Program-made: the position numbers and the translations under genes
DNA from: Malacoraja senta
Lineage: Eukaryota
Reading direction: 5' to 3'
NCBI GenBank assembly: GCA_038087875.1
Contig: CM076000.1
Location: forward strand, 1,922,001-1,986,000
Length of the DNA: 64,000 nucleotides
Notes under the pieces: generated by a model
The model's database searches: none
What the model was told of the DNA's origin: nothing
Seen by the model: the letters and a program-made list of their open reading frames with translations, nothing else
Shown here: one piece after another, positions 23,461 to 38,234 of the stretch
Layout: each line of letters starts with the position of its first letter
Numbering within the stretch: the first letter of the stretch is position 1

Positions 23461-26039
23461 TCCTTGTAAATTTTAAACTATCAAAATCTTGAATCATCAT
23501 ATATTAGTTTCTAACAACAAACATTCCACAAATTAATCAATCAGCAACTGAGCTGCAAGTAATCAATGATCTTTTAAAATAATACAGACAGCAAGGATCG
23601 ACAATGCTTCAGTGAGATCCAATTTGGCAGTGCAAATTGAACCTCCAGTGAAGTGCACTTAATTGTAATCGTGGATAGTCTTTCCTTTGACTGGACAAAC
23701 AAAAGCCTTTCACTGTACCTCGGGACACGTGACAATAATAAACTAAACCATTGTGCTTTCGCAATCAGAATATGCAATGTACTTCCATCGCAAGAGACAT
23801 ATTACAATAAAAACGAAAATTGCAAAACCAGGAAGAAGAGTCCCGATCCGAAACATCTCCTATCCATTCCCCACAGATGCTGACGGAACCACTAAGTGCC
23901 TCAAAAATTTCGTTTTAAGAGGCATTTGGACAAGCACATCGACAGGCAGCAAATTGGGAGGACAGGCAAATGGGAGTAGTTTCATTACAGATCATGGTCA
24001 TCACAGACAATGTGGGCCAAAGTGTGTTCCTCTGCTGTACTGCTCTATGACAATTCTCCACAGAATTATCAAGTAGTTGAAGACAGCTGAAGATGAAGCA
24101 CTTTGCTTGTCAGTATTTGAATGTTTGCAGTCTGAAGGGTCTTGACTCGAAACCTTCCTTTTCTCCAGAGATGCTGCCTGTCCTGCTGAGTTACTCCAGC
24201 TTTTTGTGTCTATCTTTGATTGTTTCTTGGTGACTGCAAAGTAAAATCAATGCAAGAGTGAGAGTTACTGGTACTGTTAACCCTTACATAAAGTAATTGT
24301 GCAAACTACTTTCAAAATACAGCTATTGTGGGTAATGCAGAAAGGAGGCAATTTCACCATGGATGTGATAAAATATGTACATTGAGATGGGTTATTGTTG
24401 CCATCATTTCTATAGCAACCAAATACATTGCAACATTCATTTTAGGCATTAATAGTTATTCATTTCATTGGATTTCTCCCAATCAGTTCAGTAAGAAAAC
24501 CTCCATGGAATTTTTTATGTACAAACATTTTAAATTTACTCATTAGATTGTCCACCCATCGTTCTGGTATCTACTTTGATGTGGTTACGAATGGCTCCGC
24601 TGGGGGACAGTCAGTCCCTTGTGGGTTTTAGGTAGAGAAACAGCGAGTTTGTGGTTCTCCTGTATTTTTCTTTTTAAAATATCACCACAACAAAGTCTTT
24701 CCTGACAGCTTTATCTATTAATTTCTCCAGTAAAAGAGCAGGTGTTTTGATTTCTGCATTACTCTTCGCCAGCTGGCCAGACAGAATGCTTTAAGAGGAC
24801 AGGGTACGAAAAAAACCCATAGGCTGTGTCATCCACATGTAATCACCGTTTTTTAAAAAACACCTTTAAGTTTACTGCGGGTTGTTCACCGGGGCTGTTT
24901 TATATAGGAAAAAAAAGACAAACCATTCATTCTATTGCAAAGGGGGAAATAACTAGTCCAAAAGCACCAATTATACCTAATTACAGACTCTTTCGTACCT
25001 TTATTCTTTTCATAACACAGCCATTTACACAGAGCACTTTGATTTTTGACTTTCATTTAGGTTTATTAACATCAAAGCAATGCCTTCACATATCTTCTGT
25101 TCACTCTTCACCTCAGGCTGTTAGTGGGAACAGCACATGGATTTTATACATACCTGCTATGTGTTGTAACAAAACACCCACTCTATGTTATGTCCATGTT
25201 TAGTGCTGATTAATCCTATATTCATCACTAACCAGAGGAATTACTTTAGTTATTCATAAAAATCAAAATAGTTCCTAAACATTTGGTTACATAAACATAG
25301 GTTTACAATTCAAGGCCTTATGCAGCTTTTTTTGCAGTGCCCACATTAGAAATTGTTCAATTTTGTTGTCCCAGTAATTTTTACTATTTTAAATAATTTG
25401 AACAGTATATAATTGCACCCAAAGTAGAAAAAATGTGTTTAAACTTTCAAAACTATCTGAAATAATATGGAATTCATTTTTTTATTCACATTTTTTAAAG
25501 GAAGAGAACTGCATCTAGAAAAGCGTTTATCAGCATCCCACAATTAATGCTTTAAAATCTTTGGGAATGGCAATGAGGACAATATGGCAAGGATAGAGGA
25601 AGGGGAAGAGACAGGTCAAAGATCCCTCTATTACTATGTAGTGAAATCTTATCTTTACTTTGATGAAGTCCTATTTTTTGCAGAACCTTCTCAACAATAT
25701 CAACGAATGGGATAGAATCATACAGCATGGAAACAGGCCCTTGGGCCCAAATTGCCCATGCCAACCAAGATGCCCAATCTATACTAGTCCCATCTGTCCG
25801 CGTTTGGCCCATATCCCTCTAAACCTTCTTTGTCCATGTACCTATCCAAATGTCTTTTAAATGTTGTTATCCTACTTGCCTCAACTACCCGGTTGCTGGG
25901 CTTGCAACAGTCCTCCCAACATAAATCATAAGATGCAGAAGAAAGTTCACCAAAGAACATTTATGGGGTTTTTTTAAAACACCTATAAAGCCTAAAATCA
26001 TGTCTATTGACTGAGAGAACTTATTTGAATCACAGATTA

Positions 26040-26325
26040 GTTTAGTTTAGAGATACAGCTTGTAAACAGACCCTTCGGCCCACCGAGTCCACGCAGACCA
26101 GTGATCCTGTACACTAACACTATCCTAGGCACTAAGGACAATTTACAATTTTTTCGAAGCCAATTAACCTACAAACCTGGACGTCTTTGGAATGTGGGAG
26201 GAAACCTGAGCATCTGGGGAAAACCCACTCAGTCACAGGGAAAACGTACAAACTCCGTACAGACAGTACCCGTTGTCAGGATCGAACCCGGGCCTCTGGC
26301 GCTCTATCGCTGCGCCACCATGTCA
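26040..26325 (-). mobile_element. tRNA-derived SINE
   Basis: Matches the SINE family; (AAACT)n tail on the minus strand. Confidence 0.85.
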
Positions 26326-26374
26326 CCCAAACAAGGAAGTTAAATATTTAATGTAAACACCTCCTCTCAGTCAA

Positions 26375-26820
26375 CTCCTGTCTATCGGCGAGACCAAGCG
26401 CAGACTTAGCTATCGTTTCGCTGAACACCTCCGCTCAGTCCGCCTTAACCTACCTGATCTCACAGTTGCTCAGCACTTTAACTCCCCCTCCCATTCCCTA
26501 TCTGGCCTTTCTGTCCTGGGCCTCCTCCATTGTCAGAGGCCCAGCGCAAATTGGAGGAACAGCACCTCATATTTCGCTTGGGTAGCTTACATCCCAGCGG
26601 TATGAACATTAACTTCTCTAACTTCAAGTAGCCCTTGCTTCCCCTCTCCCTTCCCAGTTCACCCACCAGTCTTACTGTCTCCGACTACATTCTATCTCTG
26701 TACTCCCCCCTGCCCTGTCATCAGTCTGAAGAAGGGTCTCGACCTGAAACGTCACCCATTCCTTCTCTCCAGAGATGCTGCCTGTCCCACTGAGTAACTC
26801 CAGCATTTTGTGTCTACATT
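26375..26820 (+). mobile_element. Penelope-like element 3' end (GIY-YIG remnant and terminal repeat)
   Basis: Encodes IGETKRRLSYRFAEHLRSV and KLEEQHLIFRLGSLHPSGMN, followed by the CTGAAGAAGGGTCTCGACC.GAAACGTC repeat. Confidence 0.85.
26721..26760 (+). ncRNA. Candidate minimal hammerhead ribozyme in a Penelope terminal repeat
   Basis: CUGAAGA (26726-26732), stem II GGGUC-UC-GACCU, GAAA (26746-26749), then CGUC with palindromic ACGU. Confidence 0.55.
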
Positions 26821-29800
26821 CGATGTAAACATATGCACGAAGTATATAGCACACGAAAAGCAGATCAAATGTCATGTTTCTGATAACACCAATGGTGATA
26901 ATTGAGTTGCGCAAGGTTTTCCGTCAAAGGCACTGGTCCGCTACAAGGTTTCCTGATTTCATATTGGACTTCTTTCCTGTTGCTCTTCCCCCCCTTCTCA
27001 TGGACGATCCAAGTATTGATCACTGTTGACCAGCATGGGACTGCCGACCAAGCCTGGCAACTCCACACTGACAATACTCATGATTTCAAGTCATTTCCTT
27101 TTTAGAAACAATTCTTCTCACAACAGATGGTGCTCCCACATTTTGTTTACTTCCTATAAACAGGAGAATATTTTTTTTTACTGGATTATATAAAGCCAGA
27201 AAAATAAAATCAGCTGGTTAGCAGCATCTATGAGGATAGAACAAAGCTAATTCTTCAGGTTAACAAGTTCTCATCAGACTTGACCGTTTCATCACTGCCT
27301 TGCCGACTGAGAGACTTGCATTTTCCGGTTGTATTTCAGATTTCCAGCATCTGCATTTTTGTTTTAATTGCTTTTCTGGCCTTTTTCTAGATTTCTGTAA
27401 AAGCAATTCATCAGTTAAAACCACACCCTGCCTCCACACCTCCCCCACCCTTCACATTTATAATTAAAATCACTGCATTTTGAGTTGAATTTGAGATGCG
27501 TCAAGGTGGGATAGAAATACTAAAACAAGATTAAAAGGGCGTTTTCATCCCAAGTGCTAAACAAAAAATCAAAGATTTATGTTTGCCATTATCACTCCAA
27601 ATTTAAAGAATCTTTATATTCATTGTGAATTGTAAATTAGTTATTGATAAATATGCTCTACAATTGCATGAATCGTAATGAAATTCATATGTGTATAAAC
27701 TACATTTAAATTTACACCAGGATAGAGAGCCGTGGTTTTAAAACAAAATTCCACCCAGCATCTTTCATGAATCTAGATGTCCCAAGCTGCTTTATTGCTA
27801 ATAAAGTATGGTATTGCAATACGAGGATCTCTGCAACCAATTTGCAAACAGCAAATTCTCTCAAAAAGCATTTTGATATGGTCCAAATTATGTATTTTGG
27901 GTAAGGTAAACTGAGGGTTTGTTGGTTAATTGGCCTCTGTAAATTGCCCCTGGGGTATAGGGAGTGGATGCAAAAGTAAAATAACCTAGAACTAGTGTGA
28001 ACAGGTGATCAATGGTTGTCATGGATTCGGTCGGCCATGCTTCTAAACTAAACATTGTCTAGGGGTATAATTTATTTTCTGTTCTGGCGATCGAAAAGGG
28101 GCTTATCCTATCACATCCTAAAGACAGTTTAGAAAAGTGCATGGTTCCCTCTTTACTTGCTGCAATGATGATCCTGTTTTAATGCTGAAATCTTTGGATT
28201 ATTATTTGAACCCTCACCCTTCTGACTCAGCATGTTACCAATTTAGCCATGTCTGATACCCCTTAACACAAGTAGTTCACTGGAAATAAATCCAAAATAA
28301 ATCAACTGAAAATTCTCAACTTTGGCCAATTCTCAACTGCAAATCTAGAAGCAAACTTTTTCATGCATGGAATAAAGGCGACACACTGTATGTTTATTCT
28401 TGCACATTTCTCAAGGAGGTTTTCAATGGAATTTGGAAATGGGAAGCTCCTTTTCCCAAAGTACAAGAATAGTTATAAGCTTCAAGTTCAGTTTTAGTTT
28501 AGAAATACAGTGCAAAGTTAATTTATCAAAATATAGAGTTCCAATTAATTTAACACATGTAAGTATTGTGCTCTCTGCTTGGACTAGCCTTAATTGACAG
28601 AACCAGTGTAGGTCTGCATTATCTCAATTTCCCTCATAACTATCTCTAAAAACTGTAGGTTAAGCTTTTCTGATATTGGTTTTCTCATTATTTATGCTAG
28701 AGATCAAATTGTGGCATTCATTCCCTTTCATATCCCTTGCTGTTCACTTGCATATGAATGAATGAATGAATGAATGAATGAATGAAAACTTTATATGATG
28801 TGCCACCTCCATGGAAACAGCCATGGTATAATAATTTTGCTACGTTGCCCAGAGATAGAAAATTCAATTGATAAACACAGTGCTGGAGTAAATCAGCGGG
28901 TCAGGCAGCACCTCTGGAGCAAAGGAATTGTGGACATTTCGGGTCAGAACACTTCCTCAGACTCTGGGTTAAAATATGGTCATAGAGCTAGAGAGCAGAG
29001 AGAATCATAGAGATGTTGTCAAGCTGGAAAGGGTGCAGAGAAGATTTGAGGATGTTGCCAGGACTCGATGTTTTGAGCTACAAGGAGAGGTAGAGCTGGC
29101 TAGGACTATTCCTTGGAGTGCAGAAGGATGAGGGGTGATCTTAAAGAGGTGTACAAAAATAATTCTAGATTTCATCAAAAGCCAACGGAAACTGTTAAAA
29201 ATAACCTATTTTATTCCATTCAGTAAATGAAGTCTTCAAAGTGAGTGGTAAGTTGTGCGTAATTTTGTGCTCCATGCCAACTCGATCTAGGTGTATCTTA
29301 TCAACAACACTAATCTGTTTAGGGAGAGTCTGCAGATATACTCCGTAATCTAAAAAAAAATTAAGCAAAATAATAAATACCAAATAAGTAAAACAGTGTC
29401 ACAGGTGCACACTTTACTGAACCTGCCTCAACAGTACCTTTGGCAGAAATTCAAGAAAAACAGACCAACTTAAAACCTCTTATCCATCCATCCTTCACTT
29501 GACCAAAGGCACAACTTGAAGTACCCACGTTATTGTAAATTTAAACGTTTTCTTTTATCAAAAAGAATCAGTAAAGTGTGTGGTGGGTGACATGCAAGAG
29601 TGGTGGCTTTGACCAGAAAAATCAGCCAGGATTGCCTGGTCAATAAGTCACAGTGAGGAGATAATAAACAGGGGAATACCTTTCCCTAATGTTCAGCCTC
29701 TAAACCTTTCCTATTGAATTTCACTTTTGCACCAAGATATAACAAATAAGAGAATGGTCTCCCATAACATACTGCTCTATTTATCAGAGAATATCAAAAA

Positions 29801-31944
29801 TCATTGCATTGTATTGTTGAGTAAAATTCTCTTCATAGGGTTTGATTTCAGATTTTTAACTGACTAAATAACGTAATCAGAATACATCACTTTAAGTTTT
29901 AGTTTGTGATTAAATCAAATGTAACTCTTATTAACATTTTCCAACAGATGCAATCTGTGCAGATTAACAAAGTAATATGCGATGGACCAGGTAAAGCTGC
30001 AATTTAAGAACAAATGTGATACTTTCCAAATTTAATTGCTAACTTAAGAGGTCACTAATGCTTGCGTATCAGTCAGTGGCACCATTGCTGCACAAAGACT
30101 CCTACCAAGTGTATAAACAGCATGCAATTAATATGTAGATGTTTCTGTAGTCCTCACTAGCCCAAATACCTATTGGTTCTAGATAATCGCTTGCAATTGA
30201 TAGACTTTTCCTGTTCCAAACTGCATATTAACACCTACCTAATTCTCAGTTTCTTAAATGTTCAGTCTGAAGAGTCCCCCCACAGATGCTGCCTGCAATG
30301 CAGAGTTCTTCCAGCAGTTTGTTTTTTGTTCAGAAATTGTCAGTTCTATTTCAACATGTGATCACTGATTTTTAATTATTACAATTATATTTCATTTTTT
30401 ATTTTGACAGCTAGCTTCAAAATCTCCACGACTATAAATAAACTGAGAAACATTTGTTCATAAACTGAGGTCTTATACATTTGTCATAGAAATCAAATGG
30501 GTTTTGGTATAAAGAATCAGATTTTTTGTTTTTGAGCCTTAAGAAAAAATAACTTAATTCCTTAAGGATAGTATTGGAAGCTATACCTCAATAATTGCAT
30601 TTCCAGCATGTTCACTGAAGTCTATTTACCAAACCGGAGAGTGTCAAACCCTTCTTTGAGCCTTTAATTCCAATATTGTGGATTTATTCCAGCAAATTAA
30701 TGTGGTGCACCGAATCATTTTGCAGTGAGTTTACAAAAAGGCAAATCAAAATGAGAATCAATAAGTGATCATTTTCCAACCAGTGTCATTGCATAACAGT
30801 ATCAGATTGAAGAAACTAATTTCTGAAATCAGAAATGTGTCCTTTTCTGAATAGGGTTGCCACTCACTGAGTCCCATCTGTTGCATAAATGGAAAGTACA
30901 AGGAAATGCATACTACATGCAACCATTTTAGCAGGACTTTATTTCATGTATTCACTGAATTGACATTAAAACATTCTTCTGCTCCTATTTAGCTTAACCT
31001 CAATTTTTGCTGATCATCCAGTTCAGATTTTAGCAGGGATCGAGTGTCATAATCTCTCTCCCCCACTTCCCCACCAAGGTGGAAAAGTCAAATACCAGTA
31101 GGAAAATTTAAAGGCTTTTTTTTTTTTTTTAACACGGAATGTGGTAGGTGCCTGGAATGCGCTGGCAGGGAAGATGTTGGAAGCAGATACTATGACAGCA
31201 TTTGAGAGGCATTTGGACAGGCACATAGACAGGCAGGGAATGGTGGATATTAGACCCTGAGCAGGGAGCCGGGGTTGACACAGATAAGGTGGGTCAAAAG
31301 GGTGTTCCTGTGCTATTCTACGTTCACGCTTAAATGTTATTTTCTCAAATACAACCTGTTTTAAATGTTTACCTTAACTTCAGGACAGTCAACTACTGAT
31401 TCAATTAATTCTTTGTCTGCAGTAATGCCTACTCTCAATGCTAGTGCACACTCAGCCACAATAATAGAAACTTGACACTGGCCATAAATATTAGATTTTC
31501 ACCTTCAACAGCCTTTTTCTGCAGCTAGCCATGAATAAAACAAACTGTGCAGATGTTACTCAAGTTCTAATCTTCATTGTTCTAGGATCCAGCTACTAAT
31601 ACATCAGTGTAGGAACAGAATCTCATGGAATGCTTTTATATAACTATGCATACAGCTGCATAAGGAACTCAACAACCCCTACAGCATCTTATTTATTCCA
31701 CAACTTTTATTAATCATGATACAATTTGTTGTAAATAGTCAGGTTAGTGTATATGCAAAAGCAGAGGAAGATAAATTACGTCAATTAAAAAGTGATAAAC
31801 AAGTGGGAAATCTGTACAATTTAGTTGAAAATAATTTGGAGTAATTTTAAGCCAGTCATGAGTATCAACTGATTATACTCCTTCACAGCAAGAAGTATAA
31901 AATGGTATATGAATAAATAGAGAGATATAAATAAATGTATAGAC

Positions 31945-32230
31945 AGCACGAAGGCACCGTTAGTAAAGCAGTTGTCTTGAGGTTCAATATGGAGGTTGAA
32001 CATTCTCCATAACCAAATACATTTCTTCGGGTGCTCCTGTTTTCTTCTACATTCCGAAGATGAGCGGGTTGGTAGGTTAATTGGCTACCATAAATTGTCA
32101 TAGTGTGTCGGTGAGTGGAACCGTCTGGGAGGAGTTGATGAAAATGTGGGAAGAATAAAAATGGGATTAATGTACGATTAGTATGAATGGATGGTTGGCA
32201 TAGTCTGGCCCAAAGGGTCTGTTTTCATAC
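31945..32230 (+). mobile_element. Old tRNA-derived SINE
   Basis: Degenerate match to the SINE core (GTAGGTTAATTGGC..AAATTGTC). Confidence 0.65.
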
Positions 32231-33135
32231 GAAGTCCATGACTCTGAAAGGTAAAAATGATGATTAAAAAAACTAACCACACTGAAGAAATTCCAATCTC
32301 GCTTTCCCTTAATTTCCTTTTTTAACAAAAACTATTGTGCTTCCTCCATTTGCTAGCCAAAAATCTCATTGCTTAATTGAAGATAAGGCCCTTGACTGCA
32401 TTGATTGTTCAGGACCTAGATAGTTTACTGCTACACCAGGACCAGTTCACACAACCAACAACATTCAAGGCACGAAAAAATATCCATAAAATGGAATAGT
32501 TAAGGATGTTAAAAAATATTAGTACTGAAAAACTATTAAAGCTTAAGGTATGCAAGTTGAAGCAACCGATTCAAAAGCATGTGGAATACAGCTTTTAAAG
32601 TATTTAACTGCTTTGCTTTTATAACTTTTATAACTTTAGGATGTCCAGCTTTAGAGAGGGTGCAGAGAAGATTTATTAGAATAGTACTATGGATAAGGGG
32701 AGATGAATGAACCCAAGATTATTCTCCTTGGAGCAGGGAGATATTTTTTATAGAAGTGTTCGAAATACTTAAGAGTTTAGATAGGAGTGAAAAGGAAAAA
32801 CTTTTAATACTGGTTAGAAAGTTAGTAACCCGAGGAAATCACCTTACCGACTAAAGTGGGATATTTCTTTTAAATTATTTTAATCTCAAATTTGAAAGTA
32901 TCATGGGAAAGATTACATATTTATTTTAAAACAACTGGATGTTTACTTGAAAAGAAAAAGTCCAAGGAAGACTTCTGGGGAGTGGGATGTCTTTCAAAGA
33001 GTCAACACATGGGCAATGAGCTGAATAACCTTGTGTGCCGTAAGAAACTATCATCTTTTTACTTTTACTTTTCAAGTAAACATCCAGTTGTTTTAAAATA
33101 AATCTATTTAATCTTTCCCATGATACTTTCAAATT

Positions 33136-33767
33136 CCTCCAATTTGACGATCTTGAAAAGATCATCCACTCATTTATCTCCTCCTGCCTTGATTACTGCA
33201 ACTCCCTTTACACTGGCATCAGCCAATCATCCCTGTCCCAGCCTGCAATTGGTCCAAAACGCCGCAGCGGGACTCCTGACGGGCACCCGAAAAAGGGACC
33301 ACATCACCCCGATTCTGGTCTCTCTCCACTGGCTCCCTGTATGGTTCCGAGTCAATTTCAAGCTCCTTCTTTATGTATACAAAGCCCTTAACAGGCTTGA
33401 CCCCACCTACATCAAAAATCTGCTTCCCCACCATACCACCTCCAGGTCCCTCAGATCGGCCGATTTGGGGTTACTGACCATCCCCCGGTCTAGGCATAAG
33501 CTCAGGGGCGACCGCGCTTTTGCGGTTGCAGCTCCTAAACTATGGAACAGCATCCCTCTTCCCATCAGAACTGCCCCCTCCATCAACTCTTTTAAGTCTA
33601 GATTTAAAACTTATTTCTACTCTCAAGCCTTTCTTGAGGTCCTCTGAGGGAGCGCTGTATGTATGTATCTATGTATGTATTGTTAGTACCTGCACCAATG
33701 TAAAGCACTTTGGTCAACGAGAGTTGTTTTTAAATGTGCTATAGAAATAAAATTGACTTGACTTGAC
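33136..33767 (+). mobile_element. L2-clade LINE 3' fragment
   Basis: LQLVQNAAA..DHITP.L.SLHWLPV..GDRAFAVAAPKLWN; AATAAA and a (TTGAC)n tail. Confidence 0.9.
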
Positions 33768-35019
33768 CTTAAGTCAAAACTGCAAATACTCAGATCAGAA
33801 TTGTTCAATCAGCCTTAAATATTGGAACTGCGTCACAGGAGAAGTTAACAATTAATGTAGCAACTTGTTCAAGGGAGAAAATAAAATAGAAACTATTGGT
33901 CAGGTGTTTTAATCAAAATGTGTAATCTCAGAGTAAAGATTGGTATTCTGAGATCTGAGCTTTTGTTCGCCATTTTAAATTCTTTAAAAAAGTCTGCCAT
34001 CCAAATTCTTTAAAAAGTCAGCAAAAAAGGAATAGTTCCACAAAGGAAGAGAGCTCAGCACACACTTTTGGTACAGTAATGAAATACCAGCTAGGCTTTG
34101 CAACATACCTTGTAGAGCAACAGTTGTCAACAAGACTATGCATGACTGCAATTAAATTATAAAATAGTAAGGAAACAACCATTTGAACTCTGTGCCAGCT
34201 AAATATCAGGTAACTCAACCATGGATGAATTACAGGGCTCTGCACTGCTATTAGTTTATTGCCCATGCTGTTTGCATTTTGATCAATAACACCAATTTTG
34301 TTTGAACCTGGATGAGAACAATGCATTATTATTAACACATTGTTACCCTACATGCCATGGTCAAAGATACGTTTAAATGAACACAAAGGATGCATTACTA
34401 ATTTTTTTTTAAATTCTGGTGTTCAGATGAAGAATAAAGGTGTGCTTATCTCTGATGATGAGCCATCTAAATAGGCAGATGTTAAGCCACGTTTACTTCA
34501 AATTCACATTGATTTTCTAAAAATGTAAACTGCTGTTCAGAGAACTGCAAATGCTGGAAACCTGGAAAATACACACTGGAAATAATCAAACGGTCAGACA
34601 GCATTCTATGCAGTGAAAAACAGAGCAAAGTAATGTTCAGGTTCAGATCAATTACTTCACCAGAAGTGGAAACACAAGGGAAAAAAAGATGAGGTTTATT
34701 GTGTAGTGATGGTTTGGGATGGGGGGGGGGGGGGGGGGGGGAAGAGTTGGGGTAGAGGTATAGAGGTATAGAGAACAAAGGGAATTTCTGCAATTAGATG
34801 AAGACCTAGTTTGACCAGGTGAAACACTGTTTTTGGAGGCATCTAATTAATAGATGAAGATAGTTTGAGAACATTTTTAAAAGAATATGTTTGAAGGAGG
34901 CAGAAAATAGCAGAATGCTGGTAATACCCTATAGATTAGGCACCATCTGTGGAGAGAGGGAAACTGAATGAGGTAACTTGCACCTTTAATGAAATAAAAT
35001 ATTCCGTCAATTCACGGAG

Positions 35020-35520
35020 AATTAGAATCACAGCATGGAAACAGGCCCTTAGGCCAAATTCGCTGAAGCCTATCTAAGCTTGTTCCATTTGCCTGCTCTC
35101 GATCCATATTCCTCTCAACCTTTCCTAACCATGTAACATCTAATTTAGAGTCATAGAGCATCACAGAGAGTGGAAACTGGCCCTTCGGTCTACCTTGCCC
35201 ACACCGACCAACATGTCCCATCTACACTAGTTCCACCTGCCTGCGCTTGGCCCATCTCCCTCTAAACGTACCCTATCCATGTACAAGTCTAAATGTTTCT
35301 TAAACATTGCGATAGTACCTTATCAAAAACTTCTATACTCAATACCCTGACTGATGAAGGCCAATGTATCAAAACCATTCTTTAATACCCCATCTACCTG
35401 TGATGCCACTTTCAGGGAACTATGTATCTGTACTCAAAATCCCTCTTCTCTACAGCACTCTCCAGGGCCCTAAAGTTTACTCTGAAGGTCATGCCCTGGT
35501 TTGATTTCCCAAAATGCAAT
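35020..35520 (-). mobile_element. Old CR1 3' end / SINE-tail remnants
   Basis: Two tandem CR1-type tails (CAGCATGGAAACAGGCCC...) followed by degenerate CR1 ORF2 sequence. Confidence 0.6.
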
Positions 35521-36904
35521 TAATGAATTAATATTAAATGCAAAGTAATTTGCAATTTTACCACACCTGGATTAAGTAAAGTGATTTAATCTAAGACTGA
35601 ACCCAGTGTTAGAAGTGTCCACTTCAGAAATAATTGTTCTGATATTAACTTCTCACTTCAGAAAACTGAGGCAGTAGGAAAAAGGACTTGACAAAACCAT
35701 CACCTATGTTTACGGAATTGATATTCTAAACTCAAAATAGTTGTTATTCAAAAACTATAAAATGGCTACTAAGCCCCTTCAGACTAACCAAATATGGTCT
35801 TTACACTGATTTCTACAATTCAAGTTAGCTGCGAACACCACTCTACCACTAGAAATTTAAATGTACAGTCAACCAGGAGGTCACATGTATAAAAATAAAA
35901 ATCACACCATAGAAAGGTGCCAAGCTCCTTGAAAGATTTCGGATTTTTGCAAAAAGCTTTCTGGTACCCTCTACAAAGCTGAACCTATTGCCGCCTACAT
36001 TCCTTTTCACTCACAGTCTAAATGGTACCCTATATAATGCTCATGCAGATTTGTTAATTCACTTAAGAATCCCAGCTCTCTGCCAGAGTTTGCAAGAAAC
36101 TTTGGACCTGTTGGGAAAGTGCAAGGATGGATATGTTATCTTCTGGGTCCTTTTACTTATCTCTCTCATGACCATACTCTCCTATTTCGATCACTGACCA
36201 AATCTACAAGACACAAATGAAGAGGCATAACTGTCTCCTGGTACAAAGTATCCAGATAACTTTCTCCCTCCCTGTAGTCTCCAGGACACCAACTGATACG
36301 AAGTTCCTTAAGCTACAAACAGTTTCTGTAGATGTGGTGCTGAGAATCACTCTGCTTACTACTGGCTCCTACATGTTGCAGCTATGATATGTCACCAGTC
36401 CTGTAGTACAAGGACTCGTCTCATAAGTTTAAATAAAAATCAAGCTTTTCAGCTGGTTAGCTGTTTTAAGCATAATTTAGTCTTATTAATTGCCTAGTTT
36501 TAAGGTTACATTGTTTTTTTTTAATGTACTAGCTTATAATTTAGAATTGAAAACACCTGCAATACCCACTATCCTGTGATCACACATTGGTTATTTTTAA
36601 CATCTTTAAAACTCTTGATTCAGTTTGCAGCTGCTGATGCTTCTTAATAATTCAACTGACATTTTTTTTAAAGTACAGGGAAATAAACCCTTCCTCAATT
36701 CACCAAATTCCTAATTTAGCAGGCTGTAAGATGGACCCATGCTTATACTTTCACCATGCAGCTGAAATGAAGCTTCAAATGGTTGCCCAATACCACAAGT
36801 GTACTTTAGAGCTGTTGGGTTAGAAATTTATTTTTGACAGCAGAATGCTGGAGTAGGAATTTCAATAGCTTGTGGATCTTTGTTATATCATTTATTAAAA
36901 TTAT

Positions 36905-37120
36905 TAGGGCAGCGCGGTGGTGCAACAGTAGAGTTGCTGCCTTACAGCGCCTGACTACAGGTGATGTCTGTACGGAGTTTGTACGTTCACCCCGTGACTG
37001 CGTGGGTTTCCCCCCGGGTGCTCTGGTTTCCTCCCGCATTCCAAAGACATACAGGTTTGTACGTGAATTGGCTTCAGTAAAAATTGTAAATAATCTTTAG
37101 TGTGTAGGACAGTGCTAGTG
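36905..37120 (+). mobile_element. tRNA-derived SINE, internally deleted
   Basis: SINE head and core match. Confidence 0.8.
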
Positions 37121-38234
37121 TCAAAAATGCCTGCTTCCAGAGGCCCAAGTTGATCTCACAGGATGAAGAAGAATCTGTCCTCAAATAGCATAGGATATAC
37201 TAAGGCTCAACAAACTTCAACACACCAGTTGAGTTTAATGGCAGTTCTAAAGATGAAGATCGCTTACAGAATGAAGATTGCAAAGTACCAATGACAGGGG
37301 AGGAATTCCTTAGCAGCCACTGGCTCTGCTAGATAGCCAAAAACTTTATTCAAGGGTCCAGTCTACCATGGACGAGGGAACCTTTCTTCTGCCCACCTTC
37401 TCCCCACCCCACAAAGTTTATCTCAGGTTAGAGAGTAAAGGAGGAGAAGATGGCGGGGTAAAGGTGAGGAGGTAGAAGGTAGAGAGAAGGTGGAGGTAGA
37501 ACAGCAGGCCAAAGGGTCGTGGTAGGAGGGGTCTGCATGGGAACGAGGGAGGTGGCTAAATGGCAGGGTTCATTACAGGAAAACCAAATGAGTTGAGAAG
37601 GCAGGAGATGTGAGGTGGCTGCAGAAGTAAGAGCCTCTGTGCTCGAGCCTGCCTATATGTATGTATGAATGCATGCATACATGTGCACTAACAAGCACCT
37701 ACACCCGTCTAGAGATGTCCTGCCATGGACAAGTCCACATGGTGGCTGCTGTGCAACAGGCCATCTAACATTTAAATAAATCATACAGACAACATTGTGC
37801 TGCTCTTTGTGAACTTAGACTTAAGACCTTGTGGATAACACCAACAGTTAAAAGATTTGGATCATGAGACAATTTCAACTTTACATGCCGTTTCATTTTC
37901 ATGCTAGGAACTTGGATGGTTTGACATCAATATTACCATCATCATCCTGAGTGAGATGCACCAAAGTGAAGAATGCCAGCCTAGAGAACAAACCCATGGG
38001 CACATAAGACAACAGATTTGTTTAAACATCAACCCTCTCAGCCTCCACCTAATCAAAGCACATTTCTATATGAACACTTCACGACCCCAAATTAAAAGGT
38101 TCACAAATACCCAGAAGTTATAACAATCATAACAGAATGACAACTTCCTTGGAAAGTCACATGTGCATGGTGTAAATGGAAGTTCCAAAGTCCAGTCTAA
38201 TGAGTAGTTAAAACCAAAACATTGTGTCCTTAAG

